DNA of 51,777 bases, counting the filler, from Sphacelaria rigidula (Eukaryota): assembly GCA_964200075.2 (NCBI GenBank). It is 3 parts of 3 records of this genome, joined end to end, with 100 filler letters (N's around TTAATTAATTAA, not from the genome) between each part and the next. Parts side by side here need not be neighbours in the genome. Positions count along the whole stretch, not along the records: positions 34,587 to 51,777 come from CAXNAA020001149.1; 2 more parts are not named here. One strand, given 5' to 3'. Position numbers and translations under genes: made by a program. The notes beneath the pieces are model-generated. The model was not told the origin of the DNA. It ran no database searches and worked only from the letters and a program-made list of their open reading frames with translations. Shown here one piece after another: positions 50,490 through 51,777 of this stretch (its first letter is position 1; each line of letters starts with the position of its first letter).

Positions 50490-51708
50490 TCTGGGTTTAC
50501 CACAGTTTGTGGACTATCCGTCAAGGCGCTGACAGAGCTGCCAACGAAACACTCTTGAAGCCTAAACTGTCCCTTAACTGGACAGGACTATTTCAGATTT
50601 TTTCCATCGGCCCCTCTCCATCGTGACCTGATCAAAGCCTGTTGGTGACAAATTTCTCTATCTTGACCTCCCTCGCGACCTTCACGGACATGACGCTAAA
50701 TCTCGCGTCTGTGTGCACCGATGTAAACCTTGCACGAACCCGCATGACGCCAGTGACATGCCGAAATATTTGCCTGCCGGCCTCACACAACACGTGCTCA
50801 AAAGCTATTCGACCAAGTCACCGCCTTATCACGTTACTACCGACGACGCGACCGAACAACCTCTCCGCCTGGCCGGGTTCTATATCCCTGGCCACCAGAT
50901 TACTCGCGGAGAAGGAGGTAAAATCGCTGTCGTGTACAAGACCCACAGGCAAGGCCTTCGGAAAGAGTCTTGGGAGCGCGAATCCGACCTTCAGTTGCAC
51001 CGCCGTGCTTTTCTCCTCTATTGGACGCAGCCCACACAGCAAAATCTTGCTGACAAACAAGAAATATCGCGATATGCCCCGCGGAGCTGCAGCCCGCGAA
51101 CTTCACCGTGACAAAGGGTTACGCTTTGTTACTGACGGTTACGAATTAGTACCCACCAAACAATGGGATGAAAGGATCCGTGCAAAACAAAGCGTGCTCC
51201 CTAGAGGTGCCTATTTGTGGTACAAAGGCAGCGATAATCTCTGGTGGTTGGGCCAGATCCACTCCGTCGATCCCCTCGCGGCGAATACTTACATCGTCCG
51301 CTTTATCGATGACCCTGGGCTTGTGTAGCTCAAGTGCCGCCCAGCGTTATACACCATCAGCCCATCAGCGCCACGAAGTTCTTGTTGGCTACAACGGCTC
51401 GAGTTCGAGGGCCTCCGTCGAGGCCTTCGGCGCAATATCGATCGCACCCGCGACGTCAACGCACCGCCTTAAGCTTTCGCTCAACTTCCTGCCTCCCAAG
51501 CGACATTTATCTTTCTTCCCAGTTTGGTCTTTGGAACATTCAATTGCCTTCACTGCCCAGGTACGACCCTCCTCACGCTACCACTACTGTCAACACCCTT
51601 CTAACGGAGCTAACGTGGAGCGTCACCAGCGGACCACGACCGGAGCTTGTCTGGAGCACCTTCGCCCACGCCTACTGGAGCCGTCGTAATCATCCTTTCC
51701 ACTTGTAA

Positions 51709-51777
51709 CAGTGTTTTCGTGAGATTGAGAGTAGATAATACGATTGAGAGTGGCTTTGATCATTCGCTTCAAGTGAG
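51709..51777. mobile_element. MITE family C, left end cut by the end of the window
   Basis: CAGTGTTTTCGTGAGATTGAGAGT is the exact reverse complement of the end at 35010-35033. Confidence 0.8.

Larger units (their letters stand above)
44000..51472 (+). mobile_element. Decayed Ty3/Gypsy LTR retrotransposon pol (PR-RT-RH-IN-chromo-like-Tudor-like); 5' boundary approximate, LTRs not identified
   Basis: Protease LLDSGS (about 45391), RT PWASPLVAVPKNDGNIRITVNYKR, FSTFDLASGFFQ and YLDD (47165-47176), RNase H LHTDASTDGFG, TDH and NADLLSR, integrase HLG...CFKC, VSLDYFG and SDNGPQF, in Gypsy domain order. Multiple stops and frameshifts. Confidence 0.95.

Noticed and set aside
43000-51708. LTR pair, PBS and PPT for the plus-strand Gypsy
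   Set aside because: No direct repeat pair is visible. The contig ends in a MITE before any 3' LTR can be identified.

Overview
Eukaryotic, intron-rich and repeat-rich DNA, most likely from a brown alga (Ectocarpus-like). This assignment is an inference from a heterokont-type bipartite plastid presequence, short exons in long introns and frequent G/C homopolymer runs. The window is not contiguous: three contigs (1-17194, 17295-34486, 34587-51777) are joined by artificial N44-TTAATTAATTAA-N44 linkers. Contig 1 has a minus-strand, probably plastid-targeted Rubisco-LSMT-like SET-domain gene (6 exons assembled by hand, one GC-AG intron, runs off the contig) and a divergent plus-strand multi-exon gene of unknown function. 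Contig 2 has an 8-exon minus-strand gene for an unrecognised protein, with introns full of repeats (tRNA-derived SINE, Helitron-like pair, MITEs). Contig 3 is mostly decayed Ty3/Gypsy sequence. One element retains PR-RT-RH-IN plus chromodomain-like and Tudor-like modules and is interrupted by four MITE insertions with 4-bp TSDs. The most unusual signal is a non-coding element family (3 copies) whose fixed end is always fused to a genomic G-run and whose other end varies: a candidate poly(C)-tailed, G-tract-primed retroposon. One copy forms a fold-back that includes inverted flanking DNA. No rRNA, intact tRNA or CRISPR array was seen. All exon, TIR and TSD calls were made by eye.
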